From positions 1,674,001-1,738,000 of the forward strand of contig CM102289.1 in NCBI GenBank assembly GCA_046563655.1: a stretch of 64,000 nt of DNA, read 5' to 3'. The translations under genes and the position numbers were made by a program. The notes under the pieces were generated by a model. It was not told where the DNA came from and did no database searches. It worked only from the letters and a program-made list of their open reading frames with translations. Source of the DNA: Yuukianura sp. NJ FZ-2021. Its lineage: Eukaryota. Every line of letters begins with the position of its first letter. Position 1 is the stretch's first letter. Below, in pieces: positions 25,438 to 36,771 of the stretch.

Positions 25438-25967
25438 TTTGTTATCTGCTTTATTTAGTTTAAAAAGCAGACGAGCCAGCCTTTTTGTGAATGATCAAAC
25501 TTTTCCAATGATTTTAGAAACAAATTGAATTTGAAAATGAGTCAAGTTAAATTCTGCACAGTCAAGTAAGCTGTTCTGAAAAAAAAACTAAAAGCATTTA
25601 GTATCAATATTGACTAAAGTAAACACATAGCATAACCTATGCTCGTGCTTGAAGTTTTATGAATTTTCAATTTTTAAAGTCGAATTTAGCTGAATCCAAA
25701 AATAAATTCATCAATATCAACAGCTTAAAATGGTTTTAAAACCAAATATATTTGTTTGAACTTTTAAAACAAAGGTACATTACCTTGAGCTTCACATTTA
25801 AAAGAAGAATATTTATTTGGTGTTTAAAAAAAATTGGTTAGAAGATATTAATCAACTAAAGCCACTTTAAGGCTTTTCGGAACTGAGAAGAACTTCTTGA
25901 ACAAAATGTCTACTACAAAATATGTTACATAACTGATCGAAATAACAGGAATTGCATAAGTTAATTT

Positions 25968-27430
25968 TTAAAGTGCAACCAGTAAGTTGATCAGCGAAGC
26001 TACAACTACGTCTGCCCACAAGAACAAAATGAATTCCTTAGTTTCAAATGTAGCAAAGCTTCCCACGGGGATTCGAAGTGGAGTCATTCCTTTCCAGAAT
26101 TTGGATTTGTATCCTGCAGTATTTCGTCGAAGAGCGGCTTGAATCAAAGCTTGAGAAAGCAGATGTAGATCAGTTGCAGTATCAATAGTAAAATTAGCAA
26201 CACAAAAAACAACCAAATCAGCACCAGCAACCAAAAGACTAAGTACCACAACGTGATTCCCACCGCGCAATACAAAAAAAGTTAGACCAATAGTCGCCAG
26301 TAGCAAGTTGACCACACCAACCGTAACTACATCTTCAAAAGCTATTCGGTAAGCGGCATTTAACGTAGCAGGTGAAATGATCAGAAATATTTGGTCAGAA
26401 GTGAAATGATCAGAAGTGAAAAGGTCAGAATTCAAAAGATCTCAGGTTAGGTTTGGTTACGTTCCTTCCCTTTCTGACCTTTTTTTTCTGATCATTTCAC
26501 TTTTGATCTTTTCACTTTCTGACCAAATCACATGGAACCGCATTTAACACTCTAAATTCTTATGTACTCGCATGAATTTGTGATTTTTGGTTTCTTCTGT
26601 AGTACGGATTCTTCTCCCTCCATCCATGTTTTACTATGACAAACATAATTGCAGTTTTGAAATTTTTGAAACTCAAAATTTTCTAATTTAACTTTTAAAT
26701 TTAGAATTCTGATTTCTACATACCTGGCCAAAGTTAAATCCTTTAGTTGTTGGTTAGTTGTATACAGATATATAAAAAGCCAATGAAGAAGTGTCATGGC
26801 ATTCACGATTGAATGGCCCACTCCGATAGTTATGATGAGCATGACGACAAATTCGAAAATATTGTAGCTGAAAATATATGTGGACGATTGCGGATCCTGG
26901 TTCAGTTGGAATGCTGCAAATGCTATTCCACTGTGCAATGCTGCAAACAAACTGGGAAATGTCCTTGCAGCAATATAGAAGCAGGCAAGAAGCGCAAATG
27001 GATACACCAATCCGTTGGAACAGAATAGAAAGCAAATCAATTCAAAAGAAGGCGGTAATTTTTTGGAAATGTGGAACATATTATGAAGAGCGACATTGGT
27101 GACGTTAATGCAACGTTGCCGTGTAGTCGGCATGAGTAGAATCCATTGCGACATATGCAGAAAACTGAAGACGAGGTTACAACCACCGCCTAATATTTTT
27201 GCCATTTCCGTTGTATTTCCAAAAATTATTTCGTAGTACCAGTACATTATAAATGATCCAGCGACAAATGTTGAAAATATTGCAAACACCTTGTACACCA
27301 ATTTGCGCTCTATGAGGACAATAGTATCCGATTGTACTCCTATTCCAAACTTATACTTGACCGGGACGTAGTTCATGAACCCCGCCCACATATAAAAAAT
27401 TTTTACCCACAAGTTAAGTCTTTGTTTCAT
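25968..27430 (-). pseudogene. R6: disrupted Gr-like gene, close paralog of R2 (exons 27430-26724, 26633-25968)
   Basis: One extra base near 26554 relative to R2 creates TAG; a 175-bp element plus 9-bp TSD is inserted in exon 2. Confidence 0.85.
26365..26539. mobile_element. Foldback (Mutator-like) MITE, 175 bp, in R6 exon 2
   Basis: Perfect 9-bp TSD GCATTTAAC (26356-26364, 26540-26548); arms of ~15-bp gtgaaatgatcagaa units and their complement; central ggttaggtttggtta; empty site seen in R2 near 16636. Confidence 0.9.
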
Positions 27431-28381
27431 TTTGTATTATAATGCTATGTAACGTTGGGTGCAAATTATTTTTGCAAACTACAAAATATAATCGTTAAAT
27501 TTGATTCGTAAATACTCGTTAAAGTAAAGTAACAACCGCCGAACTCTGCAACTCCTTCAACTATGTCTTAAAATCTGCGGCTGCTAAATTGTTTTGCGTT
27601 CTGGATAGCGGTTTGTTAAGAGCAATTGTCGGTAAGCTTCAATAATTGATACCGTTTTGATTGAACTGTTTGATAAGATACGCCTCAAGCTAAGTCTCCT
27701 ATGCTCGATTTAAGCGATTTCACGTTTCTATTATTAACCTGCTTGGTTATTGACTTAGATACACAAAAATCGAAAAGTGTGTTAACCAAACTGTTGAAAT
27801 TTACAAATCTTCATTTAGAATGAAATAATGGAATTTTTAAACTCGCGGAGAGATCGTAGGATAAAACGAAACCCCGGTTGGGGATTTTTAACATTCAATT
27901 TACTTCTGTTGTCGTAATATGTCGACTTGTGGATGCCATATTGATATATACATATGTACCATAGATCTATATACTGTATACTACTATAGATATTTACCTT
28001 ACTATATACCTTACTTATATTATATATAATTATTTCGAAGTTGGTTCAAAATTTTCAGAAATTTACTAATTTTTCATTGAATTATTCTGTGTATACTGTG
28101 TATACAAACACCGCTCAAAAAATTTCAACTCTCATCAGTCTGTTTTGAAAATTAAGTTGCCGCTAAATTTTCAAATTGTAAGCGGAAAACTGGTGTACGA
28201 CAACCCTTTGCAACAGAATTTAAAACAAGATCGAACCATTTGCATTAAGTAAATTGCTTTTTTTTTCTTGAACGCCCACTTTCGAAATTTAAAATTCAAA
28301 TCGAACGACCAGCATTCTGTTTGTTTGTTTTTTAGTTAATTTGGTTTTTTATTTTGTGTCTTTCTTGTTAAAAAATGGTTA

Positions 28382-29476
28382 TTAGTTTGAATTTGAAATC
28401 ATTTGCTCTATTACATTTACTCTGGTAAGGAATACAAACGGTTGGTATCTTGGCTGGGCAATCCATGTTTGGTTTTCCTGCGCATGACAGTTTTCAAAAT
28501 GTTTTTCAAATTCTGATAGTTTGGAAAACTTTATATGACAATTTTGACAAGATGGTTCCTCTTTTGTGTGCAGTGTCACATGGTCTCCAAATTTAGCCTC
28601 CCCGTCAAAACAGAGATCACAGAATGGACACGTTAGAATTTGCTTTTCAGTAATGTCGTCACCAATTTCAAAATCTCCGAAAAATTTGGAATTTTCATCC
28701 AAAAGTTGTGGATTGTCGTGACCTTGACCCGAAGTTGACCTCTCACAGGTTTGTTCCTTCTTGATTCGAATCTTACCACCGCCTGAGTTGTCGTCGCAGT
28801 ACATGCCCCGTGTGAATCGAGTTAATCGTGTTTTGCCGACATTTGAATTCTTTGAAGATTCACTTGGTTTACACTTTCTCAAGTGCATCGCAAGTCCTTG
28901 TTTAGTGCTGAATGTCACATCACAATGTTGGCAACTGGAAGAATTTCCACTAGAATGAGCGCGCATGTGCTTCTGAAGTTCGCTCAGAAAACGCCCGTTG
29001 AACTTACACTGCGAACATTTAAATTTCCGATTTTCGCTGTGTTCAAAACGCTGATGAGTTTGAAGTGACCCGCGTCTTGGAAAAGCTCTTGGACACTGCG
29101 GGCACTGAAACGGCTTCAAATTTGTGTGCCGACTTCTGACATGATCGGTGAGAGCTGACAGCGACTGGGCGGCATGCTGGCAAATTGCACATGTAAATCT
29201 GCTCTGCCTTTCATGTGTGATAAGGTGAACTTGGAGTGCAATTGGAGACAGAAAAGTTTTAGCACATTTCCCGCACTTTTCCAAATTTTCTTTAGTGTGA
29301 CGACGTAAGTGAATGTCACGAGCAGCCTTTTGAGCAAACGTTTTTGAACAGAAACTGCACTTGAACGGTTTTCGAACAAGGTGGGTCAACATATGCATTT
29401 TCAACGTTCCTTCAATTTTGAACTTTTTCTCACAGAGTTCAATCGGACACAAGAAAACTTCGGCTTCACGGGCCAT
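28382..29476 (-). CDS. ZF1: C2H2 zinc-finger protein, ~9 fingers (7+2), 364 aa
   Basis: Repeated CxxC-x12-HxxxH units in one uninterrupted ORF; C-terminal QPFVFLTRV. Confidence 0.88.
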   Translation of the reverse strand: MAREAEVFLCPIELCEKKFKIEGTLKMHMLTHLVRKPFKCSFCSKTFAQKAARDIHLRRHTKENLEKCGKCAKTFLSPIALQVHLITHERQSRFTCAICQHAAQSLSALTDHVRSRHTNLKPFQCPQCPRAFPRRGSLQTHQRFEHSENRKFKCSQCKFNGRFLSELQKHMRAHSSGNSSSCQHCDVTFSTKQGLAMHLRKCKPSESSKNSNVGKTRLTRFTRGMYCDDNSGGGKIRIKKEQTCERSTSGQGHDNPQLLDENSKFFGDFEIGDDITEKQILTCPFCDLCFDGEAKFGDHVTLHTKEEPSCQNCHIKFSKLSEFEKHFENCHAQENQTWIAQPRYQPFVFLTRVNVIEQMISNSN

Positions 29477-29877
29477 TTTTTACAATTAGAGAAACTTTAC
29501 AAAACTTTAACTCTTTAATTCTCTTAGAGTTTAGTTTTAAAAAAGTAAAAAATATGTACAGTCATGTAATTTAGTGATGATGTATTAATGTAAGTGGAAT
29601 TCAAAAGTGTTTTTTTAAAAATGAAAAACTCGTCAGCTGTTTACTGTTCAACTCGTCCGTCTGTGTTCGGATTTTGGCAACAGTGAAAAGTTTAGCCACA
29701 ATCAAGAAATTCACAGAAAAAGATGTTTTAGTCCTTACCCCTTGCAGGGACGGAGATTTTTTTTATTTACAACTAAAACTACAAACTCACATTTTTGAAT
29801 TCACGAAGTAATTCCTATGTTTAACATTTAAATTTATTTCATTTTACCTTGAATGACTGCTCAACGCAGTTATCATT

Positions 29878-31157
29878 CTAAAATGACAAAAGAAGATTTA
29901 TAATTGACGAAATAACTACTTCAGACCAAACGAACAAGATGAATTCTCTTGTCTCAAGCGAAGAAAAGCTTCCAACACAAATGCGTAATGGAGTCATGCT
30001 TTTCCAAAATTTTGATTCATATTTTGAGCCAGATTTTTTTGCTTGGCGACGAGCCAATTCAATGAAACTTTTAGATAAAATGTGCTGATCAGTAGCAATA
30101 GACAGGAAAAGGGCTGCAATTACCGCACAAAGAAAATCCCCACTAAGAATAATAGCAACTAATGCTGGATACTCACTACCGGCACGAATTACAAAAAACG
30201 AAAAAACGACCACGGTTGACAAAATAAAAATTGCAGTTACTGTAAATAAGCCTCCCAAAGCTGTCTCAAACGCTTTACCGATTACTTTAATTTTCAAATA
30301 GTCCAATGCATCCCGACAGATTGCAGGTCCAAACGAATTGCTTTCTTCCAGGCTACGTGCTTCACTATAATCAGAAATGACAAAAATACTTATTGAAATT
30401 GATTTTATAAAAACTAGGCACAATAACCACAAAACAAATGTTATTTGACCTACCATTCCAAGCGGAGATCCGTCAATAGTTGGTTGGTTGTGAACAAATA
30501 TATGAAAATCCAATGAAACAACGTAGAATTATTAACAATTGCATGACCCATGCCAACTCCCATACTCGAAAACGCAATAAATTTGAATAAATTCAATAGC
30601 CAGAAGTAAGCTGTAGACTCCGGATTGCTGAGTTGTAAAGCAATAAGTGCCAGTACATTGTGAATTGTTGTGAATAGCCCAGGTAATGCCCAGGACAGAC
30701 CAAATACAAATGGCAGAAACAGGAACGGATACATTACTGTTGTCGAGTATAAGAGGAAACACATCATTTCAAAAACGCGCGGCAATTTTCCGGACAAGTG
30801 GAACTTGGTATCGAGAGTAACGTTTGTGACGTTGATGCAACTTTTTCGCGTGGTCGGAATAAGTAGAATCCACTGTGACGTATATATTATGCTAAAGGCG
30901 CTGCTTAGCCCAACACCAATTACCTTTTCAAATTTTGTCGTATCACCAGCAATGGTTTCGAAGTACCAACATGCTAGAAGTGTCCCAAAAGCAGCCGTAG
31001 AAAATGCTCCAAACACGTTGTACACTGTGTTGTTTTTAGTTGGCACAATGGTTTCAGGCTGTCCATCTCTGAAGTGGTATGTGAGTGGTACGTAGCGCAT
31101 AAAACTTATCCAAGTATACATTAACCTTACCCACAAGTTCGTTCGATCCATCATCAT
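29878..31157 (-). CDS. R7: Gr-like 7TM protein (exons 31157-30454, 30364-29878; 396 aa)
   Basis: Paralogous; same intron; three tandem ATGs at the start; frame checked. Confidence 0.8.
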
Positions 31158-31249
31158 TTCTCGACTTTTACGTAACACTGAAGGAATAATTTATCTACGA
31201 ACAATACAATAAAAAAATTAGGACGACTTAACGTTTTGTGGTTTACAGT

Positions 31250-31479
31250 CAAGGTTCGTAAACAAGAAAATAGTTTTTTCTTCAACAGGTTACTAGAACC
31301 TTTTAAATTTTGTTAGGGTAGCAAAAAAATTAGCAAAGCTTGTTTCACCGTGCCTTCATATGGGAATAATTTACGTAATCAAATGGAATTGGCGGAAAAA
31401 TTGTTTGGAGCGGAATTTTTCGTAAAGAGGACTTATTGCCAAACCTGTTAAAGGAAAACTATTTCGGTGCTAAACGTTG
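31250..31479 (+). mobile_element. CAAG-ended MITE, 230 bp, ~90 bp upstream of R7
   Basis: Begins caaggttcgtaaaca, ends taaacgttg; perfect 8-bp TSD TTTACAGT (31242-31249, 31480-31487); interior is a diverged match to 52820-53069. Confidence 0.85.
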
Positions 31480-31879
31480 TTTACAGTATATACTTCAGCG
31501 ATACATGTATTCTGCATTTTCTAAGCTAAATTAAATATGTATACATAGTTCATACCTGTAAAAGTGTTTTGCCTTATAAATTGTTGTTTTTCAAATCATA
31601 AAATGATTTTTGTCTTTTAAAAACTAAAAGTTGGTTTAAAAACAGTTTTCAAAAAGGCTATTGCATAATGAAATTTAGTTTTTTTTTGGCGATGGAGATT
31701 GACGACTGGATGTCAGTCTAAGGAAAAATTTGTACTTTATAAATATATTTTCCTCAATGTCATGCGTATGTAAATCATGTCAAGAAATTGTTGGTTTCTT
31801 TAGTCACGGTCAGTAAGTCAAAGTAAATTGGAAGTTAATGGTATGTTCTTCTAAAATGACAAGCTTTCAGAGCTTACAC

Positions 31880-32160
31880 AACTTTTTTTTAAGTAAATTG
31901 TAGTTCAGTAAGTAACTCAACTTTGAGTAAATTGTAGCCTAGATTAATAAGCTTTTTAGAAATTATAGCGTACCAAAGGAAAAATTTGCTCATTAACTTG
32001 GGACTAGCTAAAGTAGTCAAATTTTGTTTCCTAAATTATAGCCTTCTAAAGTACTTAACTTTTGTTAAGTAAATTGTAGCTTGCAAAGGTAATTCACGTT
32101 TTTTAATAAATTGTACCCTGCTACAGGAGTAACTTTTTTAAAGTAAGTTTTAGCCTACCA
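31880..32160. repeat. ~37-bp minisatellite (consensus ~TTTTTTAGTAAATTGTAGCCTACTAGAGTAATAAAC), about 7-8 units
   Basis: Recurrent agtaaattgtag at ~37-38 bp spacing. Confidence 0.75.
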
Positions 32161-32284
32161 TACTAGGCACGTAATTCGCCAATCCTAACCATTTTTAAGT
32201 ACACTTCACCCAAAACTTTCAGTTGTATTTTTTTCTTAAATATTTTTAAACCAATTTTTTGTATTTAAAAAAAACACTTTTCTC

Positions 32285-32600
32285 CAGGTTGTCTTGCCAA
32301 CGAATAGTTTTTGTTTACCAGGTTATGTTATATATCGAGTCAACGTGACAACTAAACAAAAAGGCACTTTTCGTTACTTATGTACTCTGTTGTCTCGCAA
32401 GCAGGATTGTTTGTTTAGACCTAGTTTAAAAAAATGTAAACAAAACTGAAATTGAGTTTTATTTCATTTTAACGTAGCAAGCGATAAGGGAAAGGCCTTT
32501 TTCTTTAGCCACTTTGACTTAATCTTAAAAATATTCGAAAAAAAAATAACAACAACCAAAATTGGAATAGAATTGACTTATTGCCTAACCTGGTGAACGA
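32285..32600. mobile_element. Degenerate MITE with ACCAGGTTA inverted repeats
   Basis: gtttaccaggttatg..gagtcaa (~32314-32343) versus ttgacttattgcctaacctggtgaac (~32573-32598); no TSD found. Confidence 0.45.
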
Positions 32601-32883
32601 AAAGCGTTTTACCAGAGAAATATTTCTTTGTTAATCAACTTTCTTGTTTTCCATCATGTTTGTGCAAACATTTCAAAATATCAAATATTTCAAAAGTTTT
32701 TTTTTTTTTTTGCTAAATCGAATGTGACTGGAAGATGGGCATGTTCTACTAGTAATAAGGCAAAAGCTCTAATAACTTGTACAGACTCTTTTTTTTTAGT
32801 AAATTGTAGCCTACTAAAGTAATCATCCAAGCCGCCAATTTTAAATCGCGCGTGCATGTTCAAACAAAAGCCATTTTTCCGAT

Positions 32884-34420
32884 TTACTCAAACGTTATAA
32901 TTAGTTTAATTAGGATTTTGATAATGACATTCTTGACGATGGAGGCAAAAGTGCTTGGTTGTACGTAGTAGCATCCACTGATTTTCCAACGGATGAGGCG
33001 ACATGACCTTTTGAACTCGCAGCTTAGCATTTTGCTATGCGTTTTGAGGAATTTGGACGAATTTTGTTTCGTGGCAGCCAGAAGTTGCATAATTTTGAAA
33101 GAGATGAGAAATGTGAAAATGTTGGCAAGTGATATGATGCAGTTGAAGAATGGGTTGAGTTCATGCCACAGTTTGATGAGACAGTAACTGCACAGAATCA
33201 TGAGTGAGATTGACGCTAGTTGCATACTTGGCAGTAGTACTGCCGTTATGTCCACTGCTTCTGCGTGCATCATTTGAAGCGACCGGTAGAAAACTTCGTT
33301 CTGTCTGGTCGTACACTGCTGTCCCATCCTTACGGCTCTGCATGATCAAAAATTAATGTAGATGTTTTAACTTTTAAAAAATTTTGACAAAAAATATTTT
33401 GTTTCAGTTTTATCTTCTTACTTTTGATTTTTGGTTTTCATCCAATCGTTCATGCACTTTAACGCGATAAACCCCATAGCACATATTGCCCAAGCATGAA
33501 ACCACACCAGAGAAACCTGGATGGACATTAAGGCAATGGCGACATCGAAGTTGAAATGAAGCAACGCCAAAATGGCGCGAAATATTTCCGTTAACTGCCA
33601 CTCCTGCGCAGCAATGAGTTTGAGTCCGGGAAACAGCATGCTGATTCCAACGAAATAACAGAATACCAAGAAGTGTAAAATTCTTTCAGTGCCGTCTCGC
33701 TCTGGTGTATTGATTTTCATCATTTTCTCTAAAAAAAAAAGGGAAATTTAAAATCAGTTAGGGATTCTGCTTGTTAACTTGGAAATTAACTTTTCCTGCA
33801 CCGTAACACACAAAATTTGGTAAACCTTTTAATGTAACTGCGGTGCAAACCTAAACACAGAGTTGGATCAAGAGTCATACAAAATTTTGTGCAGTGTTTG
33901 TGCCGTACAGGGGTCACATAGCTAGAGAGACAAAGAAAAGGAGTGTATGAAAAAATGAACCAAGTGGGATTTGAACCCACATCTCTTCAATCCGGAAACC
34001 ACTCTAACCTTTGACCTAGCACGCCCATTCTACAGGATCTGCAACTTTACCGAAATGTCGACTGAACTTGTCCAAAGTATTGAAGATGTTTGCCATATTT
34101 TGAGCCTTTGTTAAGAAAAATGTCTCCACAATGACGGAAATTGATGCAAAAGAAATGAACAGCAAGAGTGTAAATACTTCCGGAATGGAGAGTTCCATCA
34201 AGTAGAAAATCAACGCCAGCAAAATTATAGTTGCAACGTTACCAGCAACTATAACACACGCAAGTAGTTTCCATATTGGCCAACGAGAAATATTTTTGGT
34301 TGTGTCCGTTGTAACTACAAATCGATTCGAATTTGGTTCAACTGTGATTGGGCACAAGTGAAATGTATAAGTAGGGTTAAGGAGGATTTTGAGTAATTCA
34401 AAAGTCTTACGAGCAATCAT
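32884..34420 (-). CDS. G8: divergent Gr-like 7TM protein (exons 34420-34051, 33728-33422, 33337-32884; 376 aa)
   Basis: About seven hydrophobic segments, FYRSLQMM after TM4, KRSCRLIRWKISGCYYV before the last helix; phase-1 and phase-2 GT-AG introns give a continuous frame. Confidence 0.75.
33820..34020 (-). mobile_element. tRNA-derived SINE-like remnant in G8 intron 1
   Basis: Minus strand reads taggtcaaaggttagag (A-box-like) then GTGGGTTCAAATCCCAC (B-box/T-arm); no complete cloverleaf; 3' boundary approximate. Confidence 0.55.
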
Positions 34421-35548
34421 TCTCAAATTCGAAAAAAGAACAAGATTTTCAGGAATGCTTTTCTTATGAGTTAAAAATTTTTCACTTTTTTGAAGCTGAA
34501 TTCGTGTTCCAAATGACTTCAATTTTTTTTTACCTTGACATTCGACTCAACCCGGTTTGTCTAAAATTGGTTTCGATCCGTTTACGCCCAATTTCATCTC
34601 TGAAGTAATTTTGAATTTTTTAGCCCTAAAGTAATGAGTTTTTCAAATTTCAATTTTGATAATTCTCCTACGACATAAGTTTTATGTCAATTTACTGGGA
34701 CTTTTTATTGAATTCTTGATATTTGTACAAAAAAAAGAAGTAATGTTGCCAGTTTTAAGGTTTTATAAGTGATTTATAAGCAAGGCTGCCAAAAATATTT
34801 ACAGAAAACCACCGAAATATTTTAACCTAAGTTAACATTAAGGGCATGGAAAAATAAATGTCTAACAATAAAACAACCGGAAATATTTATTTTGTTAACA
34901 TTACAGGAAGGGAAATAACTAGTTTTGGCTAGTCTGCTTATAAGCAACATGTAAATTGAGCATTTCAGTCTACGATTTTCAAGAAAATTTCTGAAAATAT
35001 AAGAATTCTGTGAATAAAACTTTTTATTCAAGTGTTTTTGTACTTAACTCAAAATCCCTGAAGCATGTTTTGACTATTTTTATAAAACTCTCCGGGCATA
35101 ATGGGGGGAAGAAACCCGAACCTGCATCCCTTCAAAACCCAAATCCTTTGGCGGTTTGGGTTTACATACTTTTGTAAGCGGAGGGAATTCAAACTCATTT
35201 TTGAAATTACAAACTAAAAACTTCGAAAGTCAAGTTAAACTTCAACTTTTTAAAATTCATTTTAGGTTTACAAATCCATTCACTCGTCTACTTTGCTCCA
35301 TACAACACCTAGTAATTTCCAATAACAAATGTAAAATTGTAAAAACAGCGTAGCATAGATAGGTATCTTCATTTACTAAGGTAATAAGTGTTTAGATCAC
35401 ATTCACTCAGATGATATAAAGGTATACTATTATTATACTATACACTATTATTATTTTATACTATTATTTTGTTAAAATTTAGTCCTCATCTTTGGTTAAA
35501 GTTTCTTTTTTTTGCAAAATTTCAGAAACTCCCATTCCACCAACTGCC

Positions 35549-36502
35549 ATGAAAAGATCAAAGTCAAGACAAATTTTTTACGGCAGGTTCAAATGCCCCG
35601 AGTGTCCCAGATCTTACATATCAAAAAAGCATTTAAACGCTCACATACGAACTCACTTGCCAAATAACCCTTACGCTTGTACAATTTGCAACTATCAATT
35701 TGTATCCAGCACTGGACTCAACCGTCACCTCCAAAGAGCAAATGCACAGGGTCAGTTCAAATGTCGTTTGTGCTCGGTCACCTTGACAACAAAACATGAA
35801 AAGACTGTTCATCTTCGAACGCACGGAAATTCAGCTATGAATTGCACTGAATGCAAGAAACCGTTCAAAAGTCAGAGCGGCTTTGCTATGCATTTGCAGA
35901 AGTACCATGCTGAATACACCAACAAATCAAAATCTCTCTCTCTCTCTAATCAACCGCAAGATGACGAAGTTTCAAAAGAAGTTGAATCTGGAGAAAATGA
36001 AAACGATGACGATGAAAGTGATGAAATTTTTGAGAGGAAGCGTGCAACAGACGAAGTAGTTGAAGATTCTTCCGACAATCCGGAACCGAACCTGTCGAAA
36101 ATTTCCGGAACGGACTTGAATACGCTCGGCCTCACCGGAAGCAATGACAAAGTGAAGCAACAACTTCGCAAATGCTCACTCTGTGACTACAAGTCCCGTC
36201 ATAATTCCAACGTCACTGTACATATGAAACGTACACACTCCATTACAAAGGCGTACAAATGTACTGTCTGTCCAGACGCAACGTTCCGAAACTACATTGA
36301 ATTCAAAAAACATGAGCGGAAACATGTTGGGAAAAACAAGTGCCGGTACTGCGAAAAACAATTTTCTTCTAGTTCTGTGCTGCGACATCACGAATACATT
36401 CACACTGGTACGAAAAATCATAAATGTGAAATTTGCGGCACAGCGTTTGTTCAAAAAACAAACTTAATCAGACATGTTAAATTTTGTATCACGCTAGTAT
36501 AA
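35549..36502 (+). CDS. ZF2: C2H2 zinc-finger protein, 4+4 fingers around an acidic linker, 317 aa
   Basis: Finger motifs and HTGTKNHKC linker; start placed by alignment to ZF3; acceptor ttcag at 35525 suggests a 5'UTR intron. Confidence 0.88.
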   Translation: MKRSKSRQIFYGRFKCPECPRSYISKKHLNAHIRTHLPNNPYACTICNYQFVSSTGLNRHLQRANAQGQFKCRLCSVTLTTKHEKTVHLRTHGNSAMNCTECKKPFKSQSGFAMHLQKYHAEYTNKSKSLSLSNQPQDDEVSKEVESGENENDDDESDEIFERKRATDEVVEDSSDNPEPNLSKISGTDLNTLGLTGSNDKVKQQLRKCSLCDYKSRHNSNVTVHMKRTHSITKAYKCTVCPDATFRNYIEFKKHERKHVGKNKCRYCEKQFSSSSVLRHHEYIHTGTKNHKCEICGTAFVQKTNLIRHVKFCITLV

Positions 36503-36771
36503 ATGTTAACTCAAAAGTTAATTTATTGTTTAGTTGTAATCCAATTATTACAATGTACCCATATTATTCCTCTCTACTACACAAATCACACAGAAGTTAA
36601 AAAGCAAAAGTTTAGCACATTCCATAAAAAGACTAAAAATAAAACAAGCGCACATTTTAATTCACAACTTGCAAAGTGTTGGTTTGATTTTCATTACAGC
36701 CTAATTTTTTTAATTATAACTTTTAACTTGTGAATTATTAAATTCGACGTTGATTGAACGCTTCTATCATT

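Noticed and set aside
26365..26548. The MITE in R6 being spliced out as a new intron
   Set aside because: No good donor/acceptor pair at its ends on the gene strand, and an independent frameshift stop lies upstream of it.
20650..28030. TATAC-rich tracts at 20650-20730 and 27940-28030
   Set aside because: Simple low-complexity sequence without a stable unit.
33955..34025. Functional tRNA gene
   Set aside because: Only the T-arm is well formed; no acceptor or anticodon stems.
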